Below are positions 12,801-28,900 of a stretch of 64,000 nucleotides of DNA, piece after piece. Numbering within the stretch: position 1 is the first letter of the stretch; every line of letters starts with the position of its first letter. Made by a program: the position numbers and the translations under genes. The DNA is from the human T2T-CHM13v2.0 reference genome, Homo sapiens. Below the pieces are notes generated by a model. It had not been told where the DNA came from, ran no database searches, and was given only the letters and a program-made list of their open reading frames with translations. The DNA is taken from NCBI RefSeq assembly GCF_009914755.1, contig NC_060940.1. One strand, 5' to 3'.

Positions 12801-15800
12801 GATGATGATTGGATTCGATTCCATTTGATTCCATTCGATAATGATTTCGATCAATTCCATTCGATGATTCCATTCGATTCCATTCGATAATGATTACATC
12901 CGAGTCCATTCGATGATTCCATTTGAGCCCGTTCGATAATTCCATTTGAGTCCAATCAATGATTCCATTCATTTCCATTCAATGATTCCATTCGAGTCCA
13001 TTTGATCATTCCGGTAGGGTCCGTTCGATGTTGATTCCATTGGTGTGCATTCGATGATTCCATTCGAGTCCATTTTAGGATTTGATTCGAGTCCTTTCGA
13101 TGATTCCATTCGATTCCACTCGATGATTTCATTCGAGTCCATTCGACACTTCCAATCGATTCCATTTGATGTTTCCATTCGATTCCAATTGATGATTCCA
13201 TTCAATTCCATTCGATGATGATTCCGTACGATTCCATTCTGTGATGATTCCATGTGATTGCATTCAATGATGATTCCTTTCGATTGCATTCGATTATGAT
13301 TCATTTCGTGTTCATTCTATGGTTCCACAGGTTTCCATTCGATGATGTTTCCATTCGTGTCCATTCCATTATTCCATTCTATTCCATTTGAAGATGATTC
13401 CATTCGATTCCATTCATTGGTGATTCCACTCAATTCCATTCAATGATTCCATTCCATTTCTTTCAAAAATGATTCCATTAGTTTCTATTCGATGATCCAC
13501 TTGATTCCATTTGACGATGATTCCATTCGTGTCCATTCGATGATTCCATTTGATTCCATATGATGATGATTCCATTCGATTCCATACGATGATGATTCCA
13601 TTCGAGTCCATTCAATGGTGATTCCATTCAATTCCATTCGATGATTCCTTTTGATTCCATTCAATGATGATGGCATTCGATTCCTTTCGATCATTCCCTT
13701 TGATTCCATTCAAAGGTGATTTCATTCAAGTCCATTCGATAATTGCATTCGATTCCATTCTATGATGATTCCATTCGAGTCCATTTGATGATTCCATTCA
13801 ATTCAAGTCAATGATGATTCCATTCGATTCCACTCGATGATTCCATTGGATTCCATTCGATAATGATTCCATTCAAATCCATTCGATAATTCAATTCAAG
13901 TCCATTCGATGATGATTCCAATCGAATCCATTCAAAGATTCCACTCAATTCCATTCGATGATGATTCCCTTAGATTCCATTCGATGATTCCACTTGATTC
14001 CATTTACGATGATTCCATTCGATTCCATGTGATGATTCCATTCAATTCTATTCAATGATGTTTCCACTTGATTCCATTCGAACATGATTGCCTTTGATTC
14101 CATTCAATGATTCCATACGGTTCCATTTGATGATGATTCCATTCGAGTGCATTAGATGATTCCATTCGAGTCCATTCGATGATTCCATTCGATTCCATTC
14201 GATGTTGATTCTGTTCAAATCCATTCGATGATTCCACTCGATTCCATTCGATGACTCCATTTGATCCCATTCGATGATTTCCTTTGATTCCCTTTGATGA
14301 TCATTCCATTTGATTCAATTCGGTGATTTCATTTGATTCCATTCAGTGATGTTTCCATTCAACTCCTTTCGATGATGATTCCATTCGACTCCATTCGATT
14401 ATGATTTCATTCAATTCCATTGGATAATGATTCCCTTCAAGTCCATTCGATGATTCCATTCGATTCCATTCAACGATGATTTGATTCGTGTCCATTCGAT
14501 GATTCCATTTGATTCCATTTGATGATGATTCCATTCGAGTCCCTTTGATGATTCCATTCAATTCCATTCTCCGATGAATTCTTTTGAGCCCATTCAATGC
14601 TTCCACTCGATTCCATATGATGATGACTCCATTTGATGAAATTCCATGATGATTCCATTCGCTTGCATTCGATGATGATTCCACTTGAGTCCGTTAGAAG
14701 ATTCTATTCAATTACATTCCATGACGATTCTGTTCGAGTCCATTTGATGATTCCATTAGACTCCATTTGACGATGATTCCATTCGATGTTATTCGATGAT
14801 GCTTCCATTCAACTCCATTCGATGTTTCCATTCGAGTTCATTCTATTATTCCATTAGATTCCATTCGATGATGATTCCATTCGATTCCATTTGATGATTG
14901 CATTCTGTTTCATTTGATGATGATTCCATTCGAGTCCATTCGATGATTCCATTCGAGTCCATTTAATGAATCCATTGGATTCAATTCTATGATGATTACA
15001 TTGGATTCCATTCGTTGATGATTTCATTCGATTCCATTCAATGATGATTCCATTCAATTCCATTCAATGATTCCATTCAATTCCATACGATGATGATTCC
15101 ATTTGATTTGATTCGACAGTGAGCCATTCGATTCAATTCCATGATGATTCTATTTGATTCAATTGGTTGACATTTCCATTCGATTCCATTCGATGATGAT
15201 TCCATTTGATTCCATTCAAAGATGATTCCATTCTAGCCCATTCAATCATTCCATTCGATTCTATTCAATGATGATTCCATTCATGTCGATTTGGTGATTC
15301 CATTTGACTTCATTTGATGATGATTCCTTTCAAGTTCATTAGATGATTCCATTCGATTCCATTTGATGATGATCCCATTCCAGTCCATTCAGTGATTCCA
15401 CTCGTTTCCATTCCATGATGATTCCATTCCATTCCATTCAATGACTCCATTCGATTCCGTTTGATGATGATTTCATTCGAGTCCATTTGATGATTCCATT
15501 TGATTCCATTCGATGATGATTACATTCGAGTCCATACGATGATTCCACTCAATTCCATATGATGATGATTCCATTCGATTCCATTCGATGATTCCATTCT
15601 ATTCTATTCAATGGTGATTCCATTCGAGTACATTAGATGATTCCATTCGATTCCATTCAATGATGATTCTATTTGTGTCCCTTAGATGGTTCCACATGAT
15701 TCCATTTCATGATGATACTATTTGAGCCCATCCAATGATTCCCTTCGTATCCATTCGATGAGGATTCCATTCGATTCAATTCATTGGTGATTCTATTCAA

Positions 15801-16837
15801 TTCAATTCTTTGATTCCATTCCATTCCATTCGACAATGATTCCATTCGTTTTCTTTCGATGATTCCACTCGATTCCACTTGACATTGATTCCATTCGATT
15901 CCATTCAATGATTCCGTTTGATTCCAGTGGATGATGATTGCCATCGATTCCATTCGATCACTCCATTCTATTCCATTTGATGATGATTACATTCGATTCC
16001 ATTTGATGATTCCATCTGATTCTATTCGAGGATTCCATTTGATTCCATTCGATGATGATTCCATTCGAGTGCATTCGATGATTTCATTCGAGTACATCCA
16101 ATGATTCCATTCGAGTCCATTTGATGATTCCATTTAATTCCATTTGATTATGATTCGACTAGAGTCCATTCAATGACTCCATTCGAATCCATTCAACAAT
16201 TCCATTCGAGGCCATTCGATGATTCCATTTCATGATTCCATTCGAGTCCATTTAATCATTACAGTCGAGTCCATTTGGTGATTCCACTGGATTTCTTTTG
16301 ATAATGATACCATTCAATTACATTTGATGATGATCCCATTCAATTTCATTTGATGGTGATTCCATTAGAGTCCATTCGATGATTTCATTCGAGTCCCTTC
16401 AGTGATTCCATCCGATTTCATTTGATGATGACTCCATTCGAGTCCATTCGATGATTCCACTCGATTCCATCAGATGGTTCCATTGGAGTCCATTTGATTG
16501 TTCCATTCGATTCTATTCAATTCCTTTCGAAGATTATTCCATTTGAGTCCATTCGATGATGATTCCATTCCATTCCATTCGATGATTCCGTTTGATTCCA
16601 TTCGATGATTCCCTTCGATTCCTTTCTTTGATGATTCCATTCCATTCCATTCAATGATTCCATTCGAATCTATTCCATGATGATTCCTTTCGATTCCATT
16701 CGCTGATGTTTCCGTTCAATTCCATTCGATGATGATTCCATTCGATTCCATTCATTGAGGATTCCATTTGATTCCATTCAATGATGATTCCGTTCTATTC
16801 CATTCAATGATTGCATTCAATTCCATTCAATGATTAT
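6891..16837 (+). repeat. Composite long unit, 9,947 bp (core, alternative module B, second core, deleted A path)
   Basis: Landmark at 6891 and 16838. Core marker GGTAGGGTCC occurs twice (~8919, ~13013), flanking module B. Confidence 0.88.
10521..12348 (+). repeat. Alternative HSat2 module B, copy 1 (~1.83 kb)
   Basis: Carries markers absent from canonical units: TTTATGTATTATATTCGTGTCC, CCCTACG, CCGGTCG, TATGGCTATCG, TAGGGTCC...GCCTTTCG, GTATATACG. Confidence 0.88.
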
Positions 16838-19800
16838 CCCCTTAGAGTAAACTCAACGATTCCATTCAATACCATTCGATGATGATTCCTTTTGAGTCCA
16901 TTCAATGATTTCATTCAAGTCCATTTGATGATTCCTTTCAATTCCATTCTATGATGATTCCATTCGAGTCCATTCGATGATTCCATTCGATTGCATTCGA
17001 TGATTCCATTATATTCCATTCAACAATGATTCCATTCGAGTCCATTCGATGATTCCATTAGAGTACATTTAATGATTGCTTTGTTTTCAATTCGAAGATG
17101 ATTACATTGGATTCCATTCTATGATACCATTCGATTCCATTCAATGATGATTCCACTCAAATCCATTGGATGATTCCATTCGTGTCCATTCGGTGATTTC
17201 ATTAGATTCCATTCGAGGATGATTCCATTCGATTCCATTCGATGATTCCATTCAATTCCATTCTATGATGATTCCATTCCAGTCCATATGATCATTCCAT
17301 TTGATTTCATTCGATGATGATTCCATTCGATTCCATTCGATGATTCCATTCTATTCCATTCGATGATGATTCCATTCGAGTCCATTCGATGATTCCATTC
17401 GAGTCCATTTAATGATTCCATTGGGTTCAATTCAATGATGATTACATTGGATTCCGTTCTATGATTCCATTCAATTCCGTTCATTGACAATTTGATTCCA
17501 TTCGATGATGATTCCATTTGAGTTCATTCGATGATTCTATTCGATTCTCTTCGATGGTGATTCAATTCTATTATATTGGATGATTCCATTCGATTCCATT
17601 TGATGTTGATTCAATTCGATTCTATTCGATGATGATTCCATTGGATTTCACTTGATGATTCTATTCGATTCCATTCAATGATGATTCACTTCTCGTCCAT
17701 TGGATGATTCCATTTCATTCCATTCGATGATGATTCCATTCGATTCCATTCGATGATTCCATTTGATTCCATGCGTCGGTGAGCAATTCGATTCAATTCC
17801 ATGATGATTCTATTTGATTCAATTAGATGATGTTTCCATTCGAATCCATTCCATGATTATTCCATTGGAATCCATTCGGCGATGATTCCATATGAGTCAA
17901 TTCAATGATGATTCCATATGGGTCCGTTCGATGATAATTCCATTTGATTTCATTCGGTGCTTCTATTCAATTCCAGTCGATGATGATTCCGTTGGAGTCC
18001 ATACGATGATTCCATTTGATTTCATTTGATGATGATTCCATTCGATGATGATTACATTGGATTCCATTCTATGATTCCATTCAATTCCATTCGTTGATGA
18101 TTCGATTCCATTCAATGATGATTCCATTTGAGTTCATTCGATGATTCTATTCGATTCCGTTCGATGGTGATTCAATTCTCTTATATTGGATGAATCCACT
18201 CGATTCCATTTGATGATTATTCCATTGGAGTCCACTTAGTGAATCCTTCAGATTCTACTCGAAGATGATTCCATTCAAGTCCATTCGATGATACCATTCA
18301 ATTCCATTCGTTGATGCTTCCATTCAAGTGCATTCGATGATATCATTCGATTCCATTTGATGATAATTCCATTTGATTCCATGCGATGATTCTATTCGAT
18401 TCCATTCAATGATAATTCCATTCAGTTCAGTGATTCCTCTGGACTCCATTTGATGATGATTCCATTCAATGATTCCATTCGATTCTATTCGAAAGTGATT
18501 CCATTTGAATCCATTTGATGATGATTCCATTAGATTCCATTTGATGATTCCATTCGATTCCATGCGACGATGATTCCATTCGATTCCATGTGATGATTCC
18601 ATTCTATTCTATTCGATGATGATTCCATTCGATTCCATTCGATGATGATTGGATTCGATTCCATTTGATGATATCATTTGATTCCATTCGTTAATGATTT
18701 CGATCAATTCCATTCGATGATTCCATTCGATTCCATTCGATAATGATTACATCCGTGTCCATTCAGTGATTCCATTTGAGCCTGTTCGATAATTCCATTT
18801 GAGTCCAACCAATGATTCCATTCATTTCCATTCAATGATTCCATTCGAGTCCATTTGATCATTCCGGTAGGGTCCATTCGATGTTGATTCCATTGGAGTG
18901 CATTCGATGATTCCATTCGAGTCCATTTTACGATTTGATTCGAGTCCTTTCGATGATTCCATTCGATTCCACTCGATGATGATTTCATTCGAGTCCATTC
19001 GACACTTCCAATCGATTCCATTTGATGTTTCCATTCGAGTCCAATTGATGATTCCATTCAATTCCATTCGATGATGATTCCGTACGATTCCATTCTGTGA
19101 TGATTCCATGTGATTGCATTCAATGATGATTCCTTTAGATTGCATTCGATTGTGATTCATTTCGTCTTCGTTCTATGGTTCCACAGGTTTCCATTCGTGT
19201 CCATTCCATTATTCCATTCTATTCCATTTGATGATGATTCCATTCGATTCCATTCATTGGTGATTCCACTCAATTCCATTCAATGATTCCATTCCATTTC
19301 TTTCAACAATGATTCCATTAGTTTCTAATCGATGATCCACTTGATTCCATTTGACGACGATTCCATTCTTGTCCATTCGATGATTCCATTTGATTCCATA
19401 TGATGATGATTCCATTCGATTCCATACGATGATGATTCCATTCGAGTCCATTCAATGGTGATTCCATTCAATTCCATTCGATGATTCCTTTCGATTCCAT
19501 TCGATGATGATGGCATTCGATTCCTTTCAATCATTCCCTTTGATTGCATTGAAAGGTGATTTCATTCAAGTCCATTCGATAATTGCATTCGATTCCATTC
19601 TATGATGATTCCATTCGAGTCCATTTGATGATTCCATTCAATTCAAGTCAATGATGATTCCATTCGATTCCATTCGATGATTCCATTGGATTCCATTCGA
19701 TGATGATTCCATTCAAATCCATTCGATAATTCAATTCAAGTCCATTCGATGATGATTAAAATCGAATCTATTCAAAGATTCCATTCAGTTGCATTCGATG

Positions 19801-22800
19801 ATTCCCTTAGATTCCATTCGATGATTCCACTTGATTTCATTTACGATGATTCCATTCGATTCCATGTGATGATTCCATTCAATTCTATTCAATGCTGTTT
19901 CCATTTGATTCCATTCGACCATGATTGCCTTTGATTCCATTCAATGACTCCATTCGGTTCCTTTTGATGATGATTCCGTTCGATTCCATTTCATTATTCC
20001 ATTTGATTCCATTGGATGAGTCCATTCGATTACATTCGATGATTATTCCATTCGAGTGCATTAGATGATTCCATTCGAGTCCATTCGATGATTCCATTCG
20101 ATTCCATTCGATGTTGATTCTGTTCAAATCCATTCGATGATTCCACTCGATTCCATTCGATGACTCCAGTTGATCCCATTCGATGATTTCCTTTGATTCC
20201 CTTTGATGATCATTCCATTTGATTCAATTCGGTGATTTCATTTGATTCCATTCAGTGATGTTTCCATTCGACTCCATTCGATGATGATTCCATTCGACTC
20301 CATTCGATTATGATTTCATTCAATTCCATTCGATAATGATTCCCTTCGAGTCCATTCGATGATTCCATTCGATTCCATTCAACGATGATTTGATTCGTGT
20401 CCATTCGATGATTCCATTTGATTCCACTTGATGATGATTCCATTCGAGTCCATTTGATGATTCCATTCAATTCCATTCTCCGATGATTTCTTTTGAGCCC
20501 ATTCAATGCTTCCACTCGATTCCATATGATGATGACTCCATTCGATGAAATTCGATGATGATTCCATTCGCTTGCATTCGATGATGATTCCACTTGAGTC
20601 CATTAGAAGATTCTATTCAATTACATTCCATGACGATTCCGTTCGAGTCCATTTGATGATTCCATTAGACTCCATTCGACGATGATTCCATTCGATGTTA
20701 TTCGATGATTCCATTCGATCTCATTCGATGATGATTCCATTCAACTCCATTCGATGTTTCCATTCGAGTTCATTCTATTATTCCATTAGATTCCATTCGA
20801 TGATGATTCCATTCGATTCCATTTGATGATTGCATTCTATTTCATTTGATGATGATTCCATTCGAGTCCACTCGATGATTCCATTCGAGTCCATTTAATG
20901 AATCCATTGGTTTCAATTCTATGATGATTACATTGGATTCCATTCGTTGATGATTTCATTCGGTTCCATTCAATGATGATTCAATTCAATTCCTTTCAAT
21001 GTTTCCATTCAATTCCATACGATGATGATTCCATTTGATTTGATTCGACAGTGAGCCATTCGATTCAATTCCATGATGATTCTATTTGATTCCATTGGTT
21101 GACATTTCCATTCGATTCCATTCGATGATGATTCCCTTTGATTCCATTCAAAGATGATTCCATTCTAGCCCATTCAATCATTCCATTCGAATCTATTCAA
21201 TGATGATTCCATTCATGTCGATTTCGTGATTCCATTTGACTTCATTTGATGATGATTCCTTTCAAGTTCATTAGATGATTCCATTCGATTCCATTTGATG
21301 ATGATCCCATTCGAGTCCATTCAGTGATTCCACTCGTTTCCATTCCATGATGATTCCATTCCATTCCATGCAATGATTCCATTCGATTCCGTTTGATGAT
21401 GATTTCATTCGAGTCCATTTGATGATTCCATTTGATTCCATTCGATGATGATTCCATTCGAGTCCATTCGATGATTCTATTCGAATCCATTTGATGATTT
21501 CTTTTGATTATAGTTGGTGATGATTCCATTGGAGTCCATTCAATGATTCCATTCGATTCCAATCGATGGTGATTCCATTAGAGTCCATTTAATGATTCCA
21601 TTTGATTCCAGTCTCTGATGATTACATTCGAGTCCATACGATGATTCCACTCAATTCCATATCATGATGATTCCATTCGATTCCATTCGATGATTCCATT
21701 CTATTCTATTCAATGGTGATTCCATTCGAGTACATTAGATGATTCCATTCGATTCCATTCAGTGATGATTCTATTTGTGTCCCTTAGATGATTCCACATG
21801 ATTCCATTAGATGATGATACTATTTGAGCCCATCCAATGATTCCCTTCGATTCCATTCGATGAGGATTCCATTCGATTCAATTCATTGGTGATTCTATTC
21901 AATTCAATTCTTTGATTCCATTCCATTCCATTCGACAATGATTCCATTCGATTTCTTTCGATGATTCCACTCGATTCCACTTGACATTGATTCCCTTCGA
22001 TTCCATTCAATGATTCCATTTGATTCCAGTGGATGATGATTGCCATCGATTCCATTTGATCACTCCATTCTATTCCACTTGATGATGATTACATTCGATT
22101 CCATTTGACGATTCCATCTGATTCTATTCGAGGATTCCATTTGATTCCATTCGATGATGATTCCATTCGAGTCCATTCGATGATATCATTCGAGTACATC
22201 CAATGATTCCATTCGAGTCCATTTGATGATTCCATTTGATTCCATTTGATAATGATTCTACTAGAGTCCATTCAATGACTCCATTGGAGTCCATTCAACA
22301 ATTCCATTCGACTCCATTTGATGATTCCATTGGATTCCATTTGATGATTCCATTCGAGTCCATTTAATCATTACAGTCGAGTCCATTTGGTGATTCCACC
22401 GGATTTCTTTTGATAATGATACCATTCAATTACATTTGATGATGATCCCATTCAATTTCATTTGATGATGATTCCATTAGAGTCCATTCGATGATTTCAT
22501 TCGAGTCCCTTCATTGATTCCATCCGATTTCATTGGATGATGACTCCATTCGAGTCCATTCGATGATTCCACTCGATTCCATTAGATGATTCCATTGGAG
22601 TCCATTTGATTGTTCCATTCGATTCCATTCGATTCCTTTCGAAGATTATTCCATTTGAGTCCATTCGATGATGATTCCATTCCATTCCATTCGATGATTC
22701 CGTTTGATTCCATTTGATGATTCCCTTCGATTCCTTTCTTTGATGATTCCATTCCATTCCATTCAATGATTCCATTCGAATCTATTCCATGATGATTCCT

Positions 22801-22949
22801 TTCGATTCCATTCGCTGATGTTTCCGTTCAATTCCATTCGATGATGATTCCATTCGATTCCATTCATTGAGGATTCCATTTGATTCCATTCAATGATGAT
22901 TCCGTTCTATTCCATTCAATGATTGCATTCAATTCCATTAAGTGATTAT
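16838..22949 (+). repeat. Canonical higher-order unit, 6,112 bp
   Basis: Landmark at 16838 and 22950. ORF-track offsets agree (18324 to 24436 = 6112). Confidence 0.92.
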
Positions 22950-25900
22950 CCCCTTAGAGTAAACTCAACGATTCCATTCAATACCATTCGATGATGATTC
23001 CTTTTGAGTCCATTCAATGATTTCATTCAAGTCCATTTGATGATTCCTTTGAATTCCATTCTATGATGATTCCATTCGAGTCCATTCGATGATTCCATTC
23101 GATTGCATTCGATGATTCCATTATATTCCAGTCAACGATGATTCCATTCGAGTCCATTCGATGATTCCATTAGAGTACATTTAATGATTGCTTTGTTTTC
23201 AATTCGAAGATGATTACATTGGATTCCATTCTATGATACCATTCGATTCCATTCAATGATGATTCCACTCAAATCCATTGGATGATTCCATTCGTGTCCA
23301 TTCGGTGATTTCATTAGATTCCATTCGAGGATGATTCCATTCGATTCCATTCGATGATTCCATTCAATTCCATTCGAGGATGATTCCATTCCAGTCCATA
23401 TGATCATTCCATTTGATTTCATTCGATGATGATTCCATTCGATTCCATTCGATGATTCCATTCTATTCCATTCGATGATGATTCCATTCGAGTCCATTCG
23501 ATGATTCCATTCGAGTCCATTTAATGATTCCATTGGGTTCAATTCAATGATGATTACATTGGATTCCGTTCTATGATTCCATTCAATTCCGTTCATTGAC
23601 AATTTGATTCCATTCGATGATGATTCCATTTGAGTTCATTCGATGATTCTATTCGATTCTCTTCGATGGTGATTCAATTCTATTATATTGGATGATTCCA
23701 TTCGATTCCATTTGATGTTGATTCAATTCGATTCTATTCGATGATGATTCCATTGGATTTCACTTGATGATTCTATTCGATTCCATTCAATGATGATTCA
23801 CTTCTCGTCCATTGGATGATTCCATTTCATTCCATTCGATGATGATTCCATTCGATTCCATTCGATGATTCCATTTGATTCCATGCGTCGGTGAGCAATT
23901 CGATTCAATTCCATGATGATTCTATTTGATTCAATTAGATGATGTTTCCATTCGAATCCATTCCATGATTATTCCATTGGAATCCATTCGGTGATGATTC
24001 CATATGAGTCAATTCAATGATGATTCCATATGGGTCCGTTCGATGATAATTCCATTTGATTTCATTCGGTGCTTCTATTCAATTCCAGTCGATGATGATT
24101 CCGTTGGAGTCCATACGATGATTCCATTTGATTTCATTTGATGATGATTCCATTCGATGATGATTACATTGGATTCCATTCTATGATTCCATTCAATTCC
24201 ATTCGTTGATGATTCGATTCCATTCAATGATGATTCCATTTGAGTTCATTCGATGATTCTATTCGATTCCGTTCGATGGTGATTCAATTCTCTTATATTG
24301 GATGAATCCACTCGATTCCATTTGATGATTATTCCATTGGAGTCCACTTAGTGAATCCTTCAGATTCTACTCGAAGATGATTCCATTCAAGTCCATTCGA
24401 TGATACCATTCAATTCCATTCGTTGATGCTTCCATTCAAGTGCATTCGATGATATCATTCGATTCCATTTGATGATAATTCCATTTGATTCCGTGCGATG
24501 ATTCTATTCGATTCCATTCAATGATAATTCCATTCAGTTCAGTGATTCCTCTGGACTCCATTTGATGATGATTCCATTCAATGATTCCATTCGATTCTAT
24601 TCGAAAGTGATTCCATTTGAATCCATTTGATGATGATTCCATTAGATTCCATTTGATGATTCCATTCGATTCCATGCGACGATGATTCCATTCGATTCCA
24701 TGTGATGATTCCATTCTATTCTATTCGATGATGATTCCATTCGATTCCATTCGATGATGATTGGATTCGATTCCATTTGATGATATCATTTGATTCCATT
24801 CGTTAATGATTTCGATCAATTCCATTCGATGATTCCATTCGATTCCATTCGATAATGATTACATCCGTGTCCATTCAGTGATTCCATTTGAGCCTGTTCG
24901 ATAATTCCATTTGAGTCCAACCAATGATTCCATTCATTTCCATTCAATGATTCCATTCGAGTCCATTTGATCATTCCGGTAGGGTCCATTCGATGTTGAT
25001 TCCATTGGAGTGCATTCGATGATTCCATTCGAGTCAATTTTACGATTTGATTCGAGTCCTTTCGATGATTCCATTCGATTCCACTCGATGATGATTTCAT
25101 TCGAGTCCATTCGACACTTCCAATCGATTCCATTTGATGTTTCCATTCAATTCCAATTGATGATTCCATTCAATTCCATTCGATGATGATTCCGTAGGAT
25201 TCCATTCTGTGATGATTCCATGTGATTGCATTCAATGATGATTCCTTTAGATTGCATTCGATTGTGATTCATTTCGTCTTCATTCTATGGTTCCACAGGT
25301 TTCCATTCGTGTCCATTCCATTATTCCATTCTATTCCATTTGATGATGATTCCATTCGATTCCATTCATTGGTGATTCCACTCAATTCCATTCAATGATT
25401 CCATTCCATTTCTTTCAACAATGATTCCATTAGTTTCTAATCGATGATCCACTTGATTCCATTTGACGACGATTCCATTCTTGTCCATTCGATGGTTCCA
25501 TTTGATTCCATATGATGATGATTCCATTCGATTCCATACGATGATGATTCCATTCGAGTCCATTCAATGGTGATTCCATTCAATTCCATTCGATGATTCC
25601 TTTCGATTCCATTCGATGATGATGGCATTCGATTCCTTTCAATCATTCCCTTTGATTCCATTCAAAGGTGATTTCATTCAAGTCCATTCGATAATTGCAT
25701 TCGATTCCATTCTATGATGATTCCATTCGAGTCCATTTGATGATTCCATTCAATTCAAGTCAATGATGATTCCATTCGATTCCATTCGATGATTCCATTG
25801 GATTCCATTCGATGATGATTCCATTCAAATCCATTCGATAATTCAATTCAAGTCCATTCGATGATGATTAAAATCGAATCCATTCAAAGATTCCATTCAG

Positions 25901-28900
25901 TTCCATTCGATGATTCCCTTAGATTCCATTCGATGATTCCACTTGATTTCATTTACGATGATTCCATTCGATTCCATGTGATGATTCCATTCAATTCTAT
26001 TCAATGCTGTTTCCATTTGATTCCATTCGACCATGATTGCCTTTGATTCCATTCAATGACTCCATTCGGTTCCTTTTGATGATGATTCCGTTCGATTCCA
26101 TTTCATTATTCCATTTGATTCCATTGGATGAGTCCATTCGATTACATTCGATGATTATTCCATTCGAGTGCATTAGATGATTCCATTCGAGTCCATTCGA
26201 TGATTCCATTCGATTCCATTCGATGTTGATTCTGTTCAAATCCATTCGATGATTCCACTCGATTCCATTTGATGACTCCAGTTGATCCCATTCGATGATT
26301 TCCTTTGATTCCCTTTGATGATCATTCCATTTGATTCAATTCGGTGATTTCATTTGATTCCATTCAGTGATGTTTCCATTCGACTCCATTCGATGATGAT
26401 TCCATTCGACTCCATTCGATTATGATTTCATTCAATTCCATTCGATAATGATTCCCTTCGAGTCCATTCGATGATTCCATTCGATTCCATTCAACGATGA
26501 TTTGATTCGTGTCCATTCGATGATTCCATTTGATTCCACTTGATGATGATTCCATTCGAGTCCATTTGATGATTCCATTCAATTCCATTCTCCGATGATT
26601 TCTTTTGAGCCCACTCAATGCTTCCACTCGATTCCATATGATGATGACTCCATTCGATGAAATTCGATGATGATTCCATTCGCTTGCATTCGATGATGAT
26701 TCCACTTGAGTCCATTAGAAGATTCTATTCAATTACATTCCATGACGATTCCGTTCGAGTCCATTTGATGATTCCATTAGACTCCATTCGACGATGATTC
26801 CATTCGATGTTATTCGATGATTCCATTCGATCTCATTCGATGATGATTCCATTCAACTCCATTCGATGTTTCCATTCGAGTTCATTCTATTATTCCATTA
26901 GATTCCATTCGATGATGATTCCATTCGATTCCATTTGATGATTGCATTCTATTTCATTTGATGATGATTCCATTCGAGTCCACTCGATGATTCCATTCGA
27001 GTCCATTTAATGAATCCATTGGTTTCAATTCTATGATGATTACATTGGATTCCATTCGTTGATGATTTCATTCGGTTCCATTCAATGATGATTCCATTCA
27101 ATTCCTTTCAATGTTTCCATTCAATTCCATACGATGATGATTCCATTTGATTTGATTCGACAGTGAGCCATTCGATTCAATTCCATGATGATTCTATTTG
27201 ATTCCATTGGTTGACATTTCCATTCGATTCCATTCGATGATGATTCCCTTTGATTCCATTCAAAGATGATTCCATTCTAGCCCATTCAATCATTCCATTC
27301 GATTCTATTCAATGATGATTCCATTCATGTCGATTTGGTGATTCCATTTGACTTCATTTGATGATGATTCCTTTCAAGTTCATTAGATGATTCCATTCGA
27401 TTCCATTTGATGATGATCCCATTCGAGTCCATTCAGTGATTCCACTCGTTTCCATTCCATGATGATTCCATTCCATTCCATGCAATGATTCCATTCGATT
27501 CCGTTTGATGATGATTTCATTCGAGTCCATTTGATGATTCCATTTGATTCCATTCGATGATGATTCCATTCGAGTCCATTCGATGATTCTATTCGAATCC
27601 ATTTGATGATTTCTTTTGATTATATTTGGTGATGATTCCATTGGAGTCCATTCAATGATTCCATTCGATTCCAATCGATGGTGATTCCATTAGAGTCCAT
27701 TTAATGATTCCATTTGATTCCAGTCTCTGATGATTACATTCGAGTCCATACGATGATTCCACTCAATTCCATATGATGATGATTCCATTCGATTCCATTC
27801 GATGATTCCATTCTATTCTATTCAATGGTGATTCCATTCGAGTACATTAGATGATTCCATTCGATTCCATTCAATGATGATTCTATTTGTGTCCCTTAGA
27901 TGATTCCACATGATTCCATTAGATGATGATACTATTTGAGCCCATCCAATGATTCCCTTCGATTCCATTCGATGAGGATTCCATTCGATTCAATTCATTG
28001 GTGATTCTATTCAATTCAATTCTTTGATTCCATTCCATTCCATTCGACAATGATTCCATTCGATTTCTTTCGATGATTCCACTCGATTCCACTTGACATT
28101 GATTCCCTTCGATTCCATTCAATGATTCCATTTGATTCCAGTGGATGATGATTGCCATCGATTCCATTTGATCACTCCATTCTATTCCACTTGATGATGA
28201 TTACATTCGATTCCATTTGACGATTCCATCTGATTCTATTCGAGGATTCCATTTGATTCCATTCGATGATGATTCCATTCGAGTCCATTCGATGATATCA
28301 TTCGAGTACATCCAATGATTCCATTCGAGTCCATTTGATGATTCCATTTGATTCCATTTGATAATGATTCTACTAGAGTCCATTCAATGACTCCATTGGA
28401 GTCCATTCAACAATTCCATTCGACTCCATTTGATGATTCCATTGGATTCCATTTGATGATTCCATTCGAGTCCATTTAATCATTACAGTCGAGTCCATTT
28501 GGTGATTCCACCGGCTTTCTTTTGATAATGATACCATTCAATTACATTTGATGATGATCCCATTCAATTTCATTTGATGATGATTCCATTAGAGTCCATT
28601 CGATGATTTCATTCGAGTCCCTTCATTGATTCCATCCGATTTCATTGGATGATGACTCCATTCGAGTCCATTCGATGATTCCACTCGATTCCATTAGATG
28701 ATTCCATTGGAGTCCATTTGATTGTTCCATTCGATTCCATTCGATTCCTTTCGAAGATTATTCCATTTGAGTCCATTCGATGATGATTCCATTCCATTCC
28801 ATTCGATGATTCCGTTTGATTCCATTCGATGATTCCCTTCCATTCCTTTCTTTGATGATTCCATTCCATTCCATTCAATGATTCCATTCGAATCTATTCC

